Below are positions 46,015 through 59,001 of a stretch of DNA of 64,000 bases, piece after piece (position 1 is the stretch's first letter; the number at the start of each line of letters is the position of its first letter). The DNA is taken from assembly GCA_964016885.1 (NCBI GenBank), contig OZ024742.1:241738001-241802000 (forward strand), read 5' to 3'. The position numbers and the translations under genes were made by a program. Source of the DNA: Eledone cirrhosa. Lineage: Eukaryota. The notes under the pieces are model-generated. The model was not told the origin of the DNA. It was given only the letters and a program-made list of their open reading frames with translations, and did no database searches.

Positions 46015-46799
46015 TATATATGTGTGTTTATATATATATATATATACCTATACCTATATTTGTTCGGTATACAGGTACAGACTAGCTATATGTTTGTGTA
46101 GCTACATTTGTAAACAACGCTTTGCATGTGTATACTCGTTACGGTTAAGGTGATGACGTCTGAGATTGCTAACCGCAAACTTGTCAAATCTTGGATAGTA
46201 TCTCCCTCACCTGTTTCTACTACACCTTAACACAATCATCACTTCCATTTTCTTTCTATCTATAACGTTTGTGGCACCAAAACATTGACTGAAATAATTC
46301 TATCATCGACTATTTCTACATGTGCCGTGATGAAGAATTTTGTTTACATCTGCCGAGTCGTTTATTTTCTTTCTCTAGTTAAACATGGAGATGGACATAC
46401 AATAATACACACATATATACCTACGCACACACACACAGACACACATGCACACAGACGCACATACACACACACACATGTCTGTCTTCTGTCTACCAGTTAG
46501 TCTGTCTGTTTGTATGCATGTTATATATATAGTATATGTCTGTATGATGTATGTATATATGTATGTATGTTCTTCTGGTTATATAATTTCACAAATTTTT
46601 CCCAATAGAGAGAGTCGGTTTCTAATATAGATACAAGACTCTCTCATTGAAATTTACACAACATCAACTAGGTAGATTATGTATGCATGCCTGCATGTGT
46701 TGATATGGATGTTATTGTATGTGTGGATGTGTATGTTTTGAGTTGTATATGTGCATGTGTATATGCTTTGTATCTGTACATGTGTATATGCAGTTATTA

Positions 46800-47017
46800 G
46801 ATGCAACATTTTTGGAATGTTTTACATATTTTTACTGTTCCATTAATGGATTGTACTTGTCCTTTCTGTTCCTGTGAAGCCTAGCTTCTCAAGATTTGTA
46901 TTGAGGCAGTTACTAACATACCCCAGTGCCCCAATAATCACAGGCATAATTCTGAAGGTGTAATCAGGGGGGAGTATCTGCAGATTTCTCACCAGTTCTG
47001 CATAAATATTCTCCTTG
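46800..47017 (-). pseudogene. R4/Dong-like non-LTR element, RLE C-terminal fragment
   Basis: KENIYAELVRNLQIL.PDYTFRIMPVIIGALGYV...LEKLGF, then GTVKICK. Confidence 0.7.
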
Positions 47018-47310
47018 TATGTATGTATGTATGTACATACGATGTGCACAGTATTTCCTCACTTTAAAAAATATCTTCACGCACAGGCATTGCACGATAG
47101 AATTAATTAATAATTATTAATAATGGTATATCGTGCAATGGCCATATTCGCTAACGAGGGGGCAGCCATCATATGTGTATGTAGGTATATATTTTTGAAT
47201 GTATGTCTGTATGCACCTATGTGTTTGTGGTAGTGGCCATCTTTTTTTTTTATATATAACAGGCTGATTGAGTTGGGGCGTATAACCCAAGTAATAGTCA
47301 CTGTTGTAAC

Positions 47311-47350
<40 letters not shown>

Positions 47351-48041
47351 CATAAACGGAGAAAGCTAATAGCGATACTCTGGCCAAATTCCAACTCACT
47401 CAACAAACATTAGGAAATATCTGAGTATATTCCTAATTAAACGTTCGGTGTGCTAACTAATTATATTGTGTGGAGAATTGGCTGTATCATTTGATATGAG
47501 ATATATCAAATATATCACTTCCCAGACGACTCGTTTCATTATAAGATTTCTACAAGGTGGGTGAAATTATACCAAATTATGTAGAAGCTTGTATAAGATC
47601 AACAGATACTCATACAAGTGGGCTCTTATAATTCTTTAGTGGGTGCCCAATAATATTAATATTGATAACCAAATCAACATCAATATTTAGCGATAATCAC
47701 CATCGGTGCTTGAGGGAGCTGTTAGGTTGATAGTCCAGCAGTTCTAAAGAAAATCTCACACTGTCTCGAAAATAGGAGGAAGGAGACTACCGCCAAAAAT
47801 AATACATGCGCAGGTCGTTGAATTCCGATACGAATTCAAGCCACGTGCTTAGAACTCAATTGGATATGAAAAAATAACCATATGTGCGTTTCGCTTAATG
47901 ACACGTAGATATTTTCTCGGGCAAAATAACAGAATGAGATACAAGAACAAACAGTCAATATTCATATACAAAATAAACAAAGAGAATCATACCTTATATC
48001 GGGAAAGTTCATATCTGTTGCACCAAGAGTAAATATATAAA

Positions 48042-48074
<33 letters not shown>

Positions 48075-48078
<4 letters not shown>

Positions 48079-48780
48079 GCCTGCACATCGGCGTTTGTAT
48101 GAGCCTTGGCCTCCGGATCTGTGAACCACACCAATGTCGCTGTGGATCCACCGTGGACTCTTTCGGCCTCCACCAGCTTTCCTGTCGCCACAGTGCTGGC
48201 CGCCTTCCTCGCCATACTGCCCTCAACGAGGTCATAAACCATGGCTTGGACGCTGCAGGCTTCCCTCTCAAGCTCGAGCCGGTGGGGCTGGATCGAGGGG
48301 ATGGCAAAAGGCCAGATGACATGACCATCTTCCCGTTCCGCTGTGGCAAACCCCTCGTCTGGGATGCCACTTGCACCGACACTTTCTGCAGCCGCAACCT
48401 GGTGCAGTCTGCGACTGACCCAGGTTCTGCTGCACGTCGGGCTGAGGAGGCCAAACTCTTCAAATACCGGTCGCTCTTCGACATGTTTGCGATTGTACCT
48501 TTGGCAGTGGAGTCTTCTGATGTCCTCGGCCCTAGGGCTACTTCCCTACTCACCACCATAGGCGCTGAGCTGGTCAGCCGCAGGTTTGAGCCCCGCAAGT
48601 TGGAGTGGCTTTTCCAGCGCGTCTCCCTTGCCGTCCGCCGGGGAAACGCCTTCTCTATTCTGTCCGCCTGGGCTGTGGAGAGACAAGCCGATTATATTAC
48701 GAATTCTGTTGAATAGTCTTAAATACTTCATAACTCGTCAAATGTGCATGTATAGTACATAGAATATTAGTGTATATATA
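48075..48780 (+). mobile_element. CRE-clade non-LTR retrotransposon 3' end (zinc knuckle plus restriction-like endonuclease), ORF 48099-48716
   Basis: LGL..CRCG...GLHQLSC...RH..LN...EP.GL...DGKRPD....GKPLVWDAT...AE..K..KY....PLAVES...FQRVSLAVRRGNA; uninterrupted frame, GC-rich, flanked by TA. Confidence 0.88.
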
Positions 48781-48789
48781 TAGATGAAA

Positions 48790-48978
48790 CGATACAGGAC
48801 CCCGACTGCTGAGCTCCGGCTGGTTAGACAGCTAGATTGGAGTTCGGATGTAGCTGTCGAAACGGCCGGAGCGCAGCGCTCGGGTCCTGAATCTTTTCAT
48901 ATTACCCACTCTACTACCCCAAGCATTGAGTACTCTGGTGCTTTATGGTCCACCTTGTATTTTACCACACCCTCTTTG

Positions 48979-48980
<2 letters not shown>
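48790..48980 (+). mobile_element. Family B element with 5' palindrome
   Basis: gacagcta...tagctgtcGAAAcggccggag plus the family tail. Confidence 0.7.
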
Positions 48981-49024
<44 letters not shown>

Positions 49025-49202
49025 AGGGTAATGCGCGTCACTACTCAATAAATGTAATGAAGACATCACAAATAGTTCTTTTATTATTATCAATATATTT
49101 TCCCCATCATCTAGTGTATAGGGACTAGCTCAAATAATTCAGCTTATGTTGCCTGTGAACAAATAGAACTTCTATGTACTACTATTACTACTGCTACTAT
49201 TG

Positions 49203-49268
<66 letters not shown>

Positions 49269-49365
49269 TATACATACACGCACACACACATATATGTATA
49301 TATACATATGTGTGTGTGTGTATGTGTGTGTGTGTGTGTGTGTGTATGTGTGTGCATGTGTGTAA

Positions 49366-49772
49366 AGATAACATAGAATTCAATATCCTATCCACACAAA
49401 ACCAACATAACAATCAAGGAGGCCACATACATAATAGAACGTAGACCAAGCCTCAACAGAAAACAGGGATGGAATAGCAACACTACTACCCAACAACTTA
49501 ACGACTGGAGACAGAGCGGGACAGATGAGGAGGAGAAGAAAAGGAAGACACAAATAGAAACAATGCAATATACACGTACACAAGACAATCCTTCACATGC
49601 CAGACTCATAGACATACAAACTGGCACAAACTCAAATGGATGCTCAGTCAAGAAAACGTACCACAGAAAGATGTAATTGTGTAAACAGATGAAGAATAAA
49701 AAGGGAGACACAGAGACGAACAAATGCTATTAGGGAGGTCACAGGATGTGGATCGAATGATCTGTGACGAAC
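49366..49772 (+). pseudogene. PLE GIY-YIG C-terminal end plus 3' pLTR remnant
   Basis: ITIKEATYIIERRPSLNRKQGWNSN matches RQITEAININEIQPKLNRKHEWNSN of the 54-kb element; decayed gtcac..gtgacgaa stem downstream. Confidence 0.65.
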
Positions 49773-49790
49773 TAACTAATAACTAATAAT

Positions 49791-49976
49791 TGTTTCTACT
49801 TTTGGCATAAGGCCAGCAATTATCTCAGTGCATTACTGGTACTTTATTTTATCGACCCCGTAAGGATGAAAGGCAAAGTTAACCTCGGCGGGATATGAAC
49901 TCAGACCGTAAAAGAGCGTAACTCTGTTGCAAAGCATAGCGTCCGACCCTCTACAGATACTGCCAATCCACCGCCC
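49791..49976 (-). mobile_element. tRNA-derived SINE, full length
   Basis: Same family; flanking aactaataat repeat. Confidence 0.9.
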
Positions 49977-50367
49977 ACTAACTAATAATAAGCTTGACGT
50001 GAAACATTTTATTAATGAAATTTGCAAAATAACCATCCCCAAATATGACAATATCAGTCTCAACACACGATTTTACATCAAGAACCTTGCAAAAAAATAC
50101 ATAAACGTATACACGCACACACAAAGATGCATATACACATGTATGTCTCAATATATACCTTTGATATATATATACTGTTATACATTTACTTGTATCACTA
50201 ACAATCTTGAACTATTTATTCATATACACCTCAGAACTTATTTTCAAACGTTGTCTCTTTCTTGTTTGTCGAACCGCTATGTTACGAGGCATTTACACGG
50301 TCAGACACAAACGTAAATACGAGCAGAAAAACTCTCTTCCTCTCTCCATCACTCACTCACACACACG

Positions 50368-50454
<87 letters not shown>

Positions 50455-50534
50455 CATGTTATTCTTCACTCTTTCACTATATATAGTGAAAACTTGGACG
50501 GGAACAAAAACAGAGAGGCAGGCAGACAAATAAA

Positions 50535-50582
<48 letters not shown>

Positions 50583-51343
50583 CAAAGAGATATTTAATTC
50601 GACAAATATATTTATAACAGATTTTTGGTACGCTTTGAAATCTAAACTATAATAAAGTAAGAAGCGCGGCACTGCGTACGGTTTATAATTTTTTATCCCA
50701 TTAGTAAAATAAGTTAGATTACTTTGAATAAATCATGAATGAATATTACATAATTTATCTACTAAATTTCGTGGCTCTTCATTAAATATATTTTATCACT
50801 TCTTAAAAATGTCAACACTTCCGGTGGCGATCGCTTAAATACACATATTAATTTTCTGTCACTAATTTTCTCCTAATGCAGTTTATATATAATATCGTCT
50901 TTTTTAATGTATCATGGATTGCGTTACTGATTACTTAAGACAGTGTAACACAGTCTCTCTTCAATTTCTGTGTATATTGTCAATTACGATTTTATTTGAT
51001 GTATCATATCTACATGTATATATACTTGCGCATAATATCAATATACACACAACACATGCTAGCAGAAAACCACCCAAAGGGTGGTTTTTCTGCGAGTATA
51101 TATAATAGAATAAATATGGTTTTATAAATATAGTTTCCATTTATTAATTTCATTGATATATATATATAAACGGGATAACAGGTTATCGTTATGGCAGTCG
51201 ACTTAGATGTAGTCCAGTTGGAGTAGTTCTTGTAGAGGATAGTATTAACGTGTGGCTTAGTTTGACTCAACAAGACGTTTCCATAGTGATACTGCGAGTT
51301 CGCGGTGATTTCTATGTAGTTTATACTTGGAGTAATAATAATT

Positions 51344-51659
51344 CAAGAAAGAAGATTGACATGGTTCGCTATACAATAAGGGCTTTATTGACATTGCTGA
51401 CAATTGTTTCTTTGATCTGTCAGGTCTAGAGTTCGCTATACGCCTGATTTTGCGCCAATCAATCTCCGATACTTTGTTTATAACCAGTCTATTTCACCAG
51501 CCCCGATGAAATAGACTGGTTATAAACAAGATATTTGAGATCGATTGGCGCAAAATCAGGCGTATAGCGAACTCTAGACTTGCCAGATCAAAGAAACAAT
51601 TGTCAGCAATGTGAATAAAGCCCTTATTGCATAGCGAACCATGTCAATCTTCTTTCTTG
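51344..51659. repeat. ~155-bp-arm inverted repeat of the HHR 3' half and tail (family of 41351)
   Basis: Arms contain GAAACAATTGTCAG; centre at ~51497-51506. Confidence 0.8.
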
Positions 51660-51759
51660 GGTTATCTAGAACTGTTTCATTCGAAGGAAATAATCAGGAA
51701 AGCTCTGATGATTTCCTTCGAATGAAGCAGTTCTAATCCTGTAGAAGCCATTTCTATAT

Positions 51760-51806
<47 letters not shown>

Positions 51807-52309
51807 CAAGGGCGGTGCCCCAGCATGGCCTTAGCCGGATGGCTGGGACAGGTAAAAGAGTAAAAGAGTAATATATATATATATATAAATATTGCTATAA
51901 TTGGGGATGGTCGTGTTGCCAATAGAAAGAAACACACGCACCATATAATTTTCAGTTTATCCTTATTGTTCGTCATTCATTTGTCTCGTCACACATTCAG
52001 TGACCTCTTCAATGATTATCTCTTTTGTGCTTCCTCTTTTTCCTAGTCTGAAACTTCTACTCCATCATGTCTTTCTTTGTCTTGTGGTGCGTTTTTCGTC
52101 ACATACATATTTAAACACACACCTGTCTATACGTCAGTGGGTCAGACAGTTGATGCATATCGTCTTTGTACTGTATCCATCTTACATTATGTCTAATTAC
52201 CTAGTACTGTCTTATATATATCGGGACCATATGTCAGTTGATACGTTGTTTGCTGCAGCTGTTTGAACAATGGAATGCCTGTTCACGAAATTAACGCGCA
52301 AGTGACCGA

Positions 52310-52346
<37 letters not shown>

Positions 52347-52545
52347 CCACCCCCACCCATATATATATATATGTAGATAAATCTACCAAAATATACGGTA
52401 GTGTCCAATCCGTATGAAGAAGTCAATGTAATCCAAATATCATGAAAAGAGAAGATGCATTCAAAAATTTTCGATGAAAATCATAGGAAAACAGAGTGTT
52501 GATAAATTAATAAAAATAAAGAACAAGTTCTTTATATTAAAAAAT

Positions 52546-52681
52546 TCATCATTTTACGATCGTTTCTAGGATATATATGTGTGTTGGTATGTATATCATA
52601 TAGATCTATGTAAAAATATTACAAACTATCAGAGGAAATATACATACCTTCACATATATATGCTGTCTTCAGAAATGATGA
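52546..52681 (-). ncRNA. Type I hammerhead ribozyme with ~100-nt stem II
   Basis: Reverse complement of 53290-53425. Confidence 0.8.
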
Positions 52682-53289
52682 GATTTTTTTATTGAAAAAA
52701 ACCAACAAAGATTTAATATAATAGGTCTGTTTGGGAACAGGTTTAGAATTGACCAATAGAAAAGTAGTAAGAGGTCAAGTTAATAGAATAGTAGTAGTAG
52801 AAATTTAATTTAAGGGTAGAGGAATGCAGACTTATGTTTTGAATGGAAAGAATACTTTGAATGAAAAGAATCATTTGAGGATGAAAAGAGGTCAAGCCGG
52901 TGAAGGGTACACGAAAATTTGATGTTATTAAAGAATCTTGTTATAGATCTAGATTCCTTGTGGTTTAAATAAGATTGGTATTTCTCACGAATACCCTTAC
53001 CCTAAAATTTTACTTTCCTTCGTTTTTAACATTATTCTTTAATAACATCAAATTTTCGTGTACCCTTCACCGGCTTGACCTCTTTTCATCCCCAAAGTAT
53101 TCTTTTCATTCAAAGTATTCTTTCCATTCAAAACATAAGTCTGCACTCCTCTACCCCTAAATTAAATTTCTACTACTACTATTCTATCAACTTGACCTCT
53201 TACTACTTTTCCATTGGTCAATTCAAAACCTGTTCCCAAACAGACCTATTATATTAAATCTTTGTTGGTTTTTTTTCAATAAAAAAATC

Positions 53290-53425
53290 TCATCATTTCT
53301 GAAGACAGCATATATATGTGAAGGTATGTATATTTCCTCTGATAGTTTGTAATATTTTTACATAGATCTATATGATATACATACCAACACACATATATAT
53401 CCTAGAAACGATCGTAAAATGATGA
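53290..53425 (+). ncRNA. Type I hammerhead ribozyme with ~100-nt stem II
   Basis: tcatcattt-CTGAAGA-cagc atatatatgtg..ggtatgtata...tatacatacc..cacatatatat ccta-GAAA-C-GATC-GTA-aaatgatga; 9-bp stem I. Confidence 0.82.
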
Positions 53426-53639
53426 ATTTTTTAATATAAGGAACTTGTTCTTTGTTTTTATTAATTTATATATATATATATATATATTGTTATGCTTTGG
53501 GAGGGTCATGTTGCCAATAACAAACACACGCACCAGTTGTTTTCGCTCCAATTTATTATAAGTTAAATTTATAAATTTAAGAATTTATAAATTTCTGGTT
53601 GGTTGGTTGGTTCCACAACCGGACGGTTGTTCATATATT

Positions 53640-53682
53640 GTCAAAGTTCTTTCGTCACACATTCGGTGACCTCTTCAGTGAC
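53640..53682 (-). ncRNA. Minimal type I hammerhead in the PLE 3' pLTR
   Basis: gtca-CTGAAGA-g gtcac cgaatgt gtgac-GAAA-G-AA-CTT-tgac. Confidence 0.75.
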
Positions 53683-53894
53683 TGGGGATTCTTTTCTTTG
53701 TTTTTGTGCCTCTCCTTTGTTCTGTCCTACGCCATCTTGTTTTTGTGTGGGTTGTGTGCTTAGTTTGCGCATGTGTTACATACGGGTGTCTGTGTGTGTT
53801 TATATTTGTTTATTTATTTGTTTATTTACATGTTACTGGTTGGTTGATTGTTCTATGTGTGTGTGTGTTTTCATTTTGTCCTTAATTGTAAGTT

Positions 53895-54680
53895 GTGATG
53901 TTGCTATTCCATTCATGTTTTCTATTTAATTTTGGTTGGATTTCATTTATGTTTATTGCCTCTGTGATTTGTCTATCTTGATTCTCTGTGATTTGTCTAT
54001 CTTTATTGCCACTGTGATTTTTTTCTATCTTGAAGCTCTCGCCAGTGTTCATTTATCCGTCCTCCTATACTACGAGCTGTCTCACCTATGTACACTATAT
54101 TCTTATCTCTACATTGTCCTTCAGTATATCTTATGCTATATACTACATTTCTAGTTTTACAGTTAATATGGGGGCTTAGTTTACAGATTATACATTTCTT
54201 ATCTATACAGGGAGGTCTTTGAAAATGGTATGTATTGCTAATAAGTGTTTTTATGGAGGTACCTGGTCTTTCTACTATCTTAATATTGAGTTTATGTTTA
54301 TCTAGGGCCCTTCTAAATTTGTAAGCTAATTCACCTCTAGGGGTTGTATTGATGAACTTTACACTCTGGTATTTATTGCTATCATACCATGAGTTTATTC
54401 TATTAACCTTATTCCTAGTTCTTTCTATTCTATTCCAAAAGTTGCTCCTATACAAGGGGCAGGTCCCATTTGTATCATTATTTACCATTTTTTCCCATTT
54501 GGTTCTGGCTCCTCTATATACTCTGATTTTATCTCTCTTATTGTAACCAGAGAACTGCATACGGTGGATGAAGTGTTGTATGTGTCTCTCTAGTTCTTTG
54601 GGGTTGCACATGCGGGACACGTTTCTCATCACCCGTACCAAATCTGCAATCAGTATGTTGATTTTGGTGTGGTCCGAAAT
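53895..54680 (-). pseudogene. PLE RT-thumb plus GIY-YIG endonuclease (deleted/frameshifted)
   Basis: LVRVMRNVS...MQFSGY...C....C..C.....CKTRNVVYSI...YIGETARSIGGRINEH, then RQITEAININ..PKLNRKHEW in another frame. Confidence 0.9.
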
Positions 54681-54684
54681 ATAT

Positions 54685-54898
54685 ATTTATTAAAATAACA
54701 GATTAAAGTTTAAGCAAAGAATCGCTGCTTTTACCCTTAACAGGATCTTCCGAAACTAAAAACTTTGCAACCTTCGGTTGCTACGTTTTTCAAAATATTT
54801 ACTTCCGCCTTCACAGATTGATTTTTTTCAGAAGATCCCGTTAAGGGTGAGAGCAGCGATTCTTTGCTTAGACTTTAATCTATTATTTTAATAAATAT
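54685..54898. repeat. ~75-bp-arm inverted repeat at the PLE 5' junction
   Basis: Arm taaaataacagattaaagtttaagcaaagaatcgctgct; also found at 27210-27260. Confidence 0.75.
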
Positions 54899-55094
54899 TT
54901 GCTCTAGGGTGCTTATATATTTCATATATATTTATTCTTATGGAGCCCTCTTTGGATTTTAGTCTCCACATTTAGTTCAAATCGAGCTGAGGTTAACTTT
55001 GCCTTTCATCCTTACGGGGTCAATAAAATAAAGTACCAGTAATGCACTGGGTATTTGCTGGCCTTGTGCCAAAAGTAGAAACGATTATTATTAC

Positions 55095-55211
<117 letters not shown>

Positions 55212-55257
55212 AATGGCTTCTACCGGACTAGAACTGTTTCATTCGGGAGAAAACATG

Positions 55258-55308
55258 GGCTTCCTGATGACTTCTCCCGAATGAAACAGTTCTAGTCCTG
55301 TAGAAGCC
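55258..55308 (+). ncRNA. Type I hammerhead ribozyme (family C)
   Basis: ggcttc-CTGATGA-c ttc tccc gaa t-GAAA-cag ttctagtc ctg-TA-gaagcc; preceded by an inverted partial copy (55204-55250). Confidence 0.82.
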
Positions 55309-55410
55309 ATTTCTATATTAAATATTTATACTCTGCTATGTATTGAATACCTTACTGACTGTGGTTACCCCGATTGAACCCAGGATAAACATATATAAAT
55401 ACACACACAC

Positions 55411-55486
<76 letters not shown>

Positions 55487-55514
55487 AAAACCACAGACCC
55501 TCCATCTCAACTCA

Positions 55515-55552
55515 CCTTTTGAAAAGCAGAAGAACTGCGAAACCGGTAAAGG
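55515..55552 (+). ncRNA. Hammerhead variant with U3-A8 core (family D), best copy
   Basis: cctt-TTGAAAA-gcag aagaa ctgc-GAAA-C-CG-GTA-aagg. Confidence 0.75.
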
Positions 55553-56179
55553 AACCAAATAAATATATATATTTAAAAAAAAAATAAGACTTCAGTTGCA
55601 TTTTCGATTTCATCTCTTTTTCTTTATACTTCCACTCGTGTAGGACACCTCGGTTATTTTTCATTTTGTAAAAAAAACCTCACTTTCTAATATATATATA
55701 TATATAAAAACAAATGGTAGTTCAGCATAATCGAAGCTCTGGCTGCAGCTATGCTAACGAATGCAATCGGAATGTGCAGCTAAGCACTCAATAAGGTATT
55801 TTACCTTAGAGAAATAACATTACGTTTAGACAGCTTGGCAAATTGAAGACTGCAACCGGTAAGCCAGCCGCAGGGACCAAAGCAACGAGAAAACCAACTC
55901 AGGATAATTTGACAAACCTGGACCATCGCGTCGATGTTAAGCAATATCACTGGTATTTTCTGTGAATCCGAAATCCACAAATCCACTGGCGGGGTATGCA
56001 AGTTATTGGTTTTTTGGAAGATCGAACAGAGGGTTCACTATCTCAACAGGTTTCCGCTCTATGCCGCTGCCGGGTGTGAGTTATAGCAGTACGAATGCTG
56101 GCGGTCACGTGGTTTTCCCAAAGGGAAATATATATATATATATATATATATATTTAATTATTAAACATACCGTATATAT

Positions 56180-56560
<381 letters not shown>

Positions 56561-57415
56561 GAGTGGGTATAGAGCAGTTTAGGCTTGTGTGTACAGCATA
56601 CTTTTTCAGGCTTGCTGGACACTCAACATAAACCGCTTGCCGTCACGGTTGGGTTCATATCTCTCTCTATGATATAGATACACTCACTCACACACACACA
56701 CACACAGACACACGCTCACACACACACACATATATATATATATATTTACACACACAAGCACGCACACTGTCACATACACACTCACGCACGCCCCTGTATA
56801 TACCTCCGTCTATCAGTCAGTGAATCAGTCAGTTGATGCGTATCCTCTTTCTACTAAATCCATCTTACGTTATGTCTGATTACCTGGTACTGTCTTTCTG
56901 AAAGATAGAGTTACTCTTTTGAAGAATGAACCACTCTTCTCATTGATGTTTGTTGTGTAAGCAATTTTTGTTGTACAATGTTATAAAGATGCAGTGTATC
57001 TTATGATGGGAAACGAAATATTGCTGTATACACTATACATAACTGATAGAGCATGGATGTTTTGCAAACACTTTTCCAATATATTCGAATACCATTTCCA
57101 TGAAAGAATTTTAGATTAGGGAAATATATAAAGTTGAATTTATAAAAATATATTTAAAAATACAAAAATAAAATATACATTTACATTTAAACATTTTTAC
57201 ATTCCATAATGAAATGTTGCATTTCATAACGCTTATTTCTGATTGCATATTGAGATTCACATACACCTCTGTAAATTACTCATACGATTACATATACATG
57301 CATAGTTGCATACACACACGTACAGTCACATATATACACATATATTTACACTTTTATGTATATGAATAGATATAGATATATATATATCTATATAGCTATA
57401 TCTGTCTGTCCCCCC

Positions 57416-57485
<70 letters not shown>

Positions 57486-57546
57486 TTGTGTATGTGTATA
57501 TATATATACACACACATACACACACATATATATATATATATTTATA

Positions 57547-57596
<50 letters not shown>

Positions 57597-57946
57597 AAGA
57601 ATGTTATCCTAATTTTATCCTGTGTCCACACAACCAATATTTTTCATATATCATCTCTACAGATTTCTTGCTCTGCATACAAACCAGTCTCTTCCTCGTT
57701 ATGTAAGAGATTAACTTGTTCAAAATTATATACTTACAAAGTTTACGTTTCGTAAAAACTGACCATATGCACATAGACACACTTATTCAAGCACACATAC
57801 ATGTCTTTATATATGATATATATATATATATGTGTATTTGTGTATGTGTGTTTATCTGTGTGTGTGTATGGATGCGTGTTTGTTTGCGTCTGTGTATGTG
57901 TTACACACATACGTACACTCTCCAATATACACACACGCACACACAG

Positions 57947-57981
<35 letters not shown>

Positions 57982-58334
57982 CATTTACATATATATAATT
58001 ACATATACATATATATAATTACATATACATATATATAATTACATAATGTTTATACAACATCATATTAAGCAGTATACCCTCTAGTTTTATAGCAGAACGG
58101 ATCATATACATCGCATACACGTAATGCCCTGATAAATAAATACCCTTTTTAATCAATAATTTTCACTTATATTTCTACAAGAACACGACATTCTATATTT
58201 AGTGGAGTATATTCTGTTAAATACATGTAGTGAAACACCAGCTCTAAACTCTAGATGTGAAGAAAACCAACTATGCACTTGCTCAAACATTTAGGTATCA
58301 CCCTCAAACAACAACCCATTGCCTTTGTAAAAAT

Positions 58335-58560
58335 AATGGGTACTTTTATAGGCACAAGGCCAGCAATTTTTTTTTTGTGGTGGGAGGGAGTCAATTAAAT
58401 CGACCCCCAGTGCGTGACTGGTACTTTATTTTATCGACCTCGTAAGGGTGAAAGGCAAAGTTAACCTCGCCGGGATTTGAACTCAGATCATAAAGAGCCG
58501 TAACTCTATGATGCAAAGCATGGCGTCCGACCTTTTACCAATACTACCAATATTGCCAAT
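58335..58560 (-). mobile_element. tRNA-derived SINE
   Basis: Same family. Confidence 0.85.
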
Positions 58561-58807
58561 GAAAGGCAATGCGTGCTAGCGGGGTAGACTCTATATAGCA
58601 GTTTGATTAAAAGATATACCAGTCAAATCATTAAAATCAAAATCTACTGTCTTAAAAATAGGAAGGACGAATTGGATTACTCAGGCTGGGACGTATTTAA
58701 TTATATGACTGCTTAATCAAGGCACTCTTCTTTCTTTTGTATTATCCTTTCTAATAAAATCCACTTTAGAAAAAGAAAGATGGGAGAGAGATACCAGATT
58801 GGGAGTG

Positions 58808-59001
58808 CAGACCTGTCAACTCTCCCCGTCCGACGGGGAGTTCTCTCACCCACTTTGGGGTGAGTGAGAGATGTCTTCTCTTATGCAAATGGGTATAGCT
58901 TTCATTATGTAAAATCTTCCCATTTCGCCTAATTTCTCCCCATTTTGAGGCACATTTTTTATGGCACTCCTCGTTTGTGTTTTTAGAGGTTTGCAGGTCC
59001 G
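58808..59001. mobile_element. Small MITE, possibly hAT-related
   Basis: Imperfect TIRs cagacctgtcaac and gtttgcaggtccg, flanked by direct repeat ggagtg; internal hairpin aactctccccgtc/gacggggagtt. Confidence 0.5.

Larger units (their letters stand above)
52502..53469. repeat. ~435-bp near-perfect inverted repeat (52502-52936 and 53034-53469); inverted pLTR pair
   Basis: Direct reverse-complement comparison; ~97-bp spacer; right arm ends at (TA)n. Confidence 0.9.
53487..54680 (-). mobile_element. Penelope-like retroelement, 5'-truncated (RT thumb, Cys-rich linker, GIY-YIG, 3' pLTR with HHR)
   Basis: ORF 54003-54641, a frameshifted C-terminus near 53900-53980, HHR at 53640-53682, 3' end at (TA)n. 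Confidence 0.9.

Noticed and set aside
47987-48598. 203-aa minus ORF
   Set aside because: Antisense shadow of the CRE ORF.
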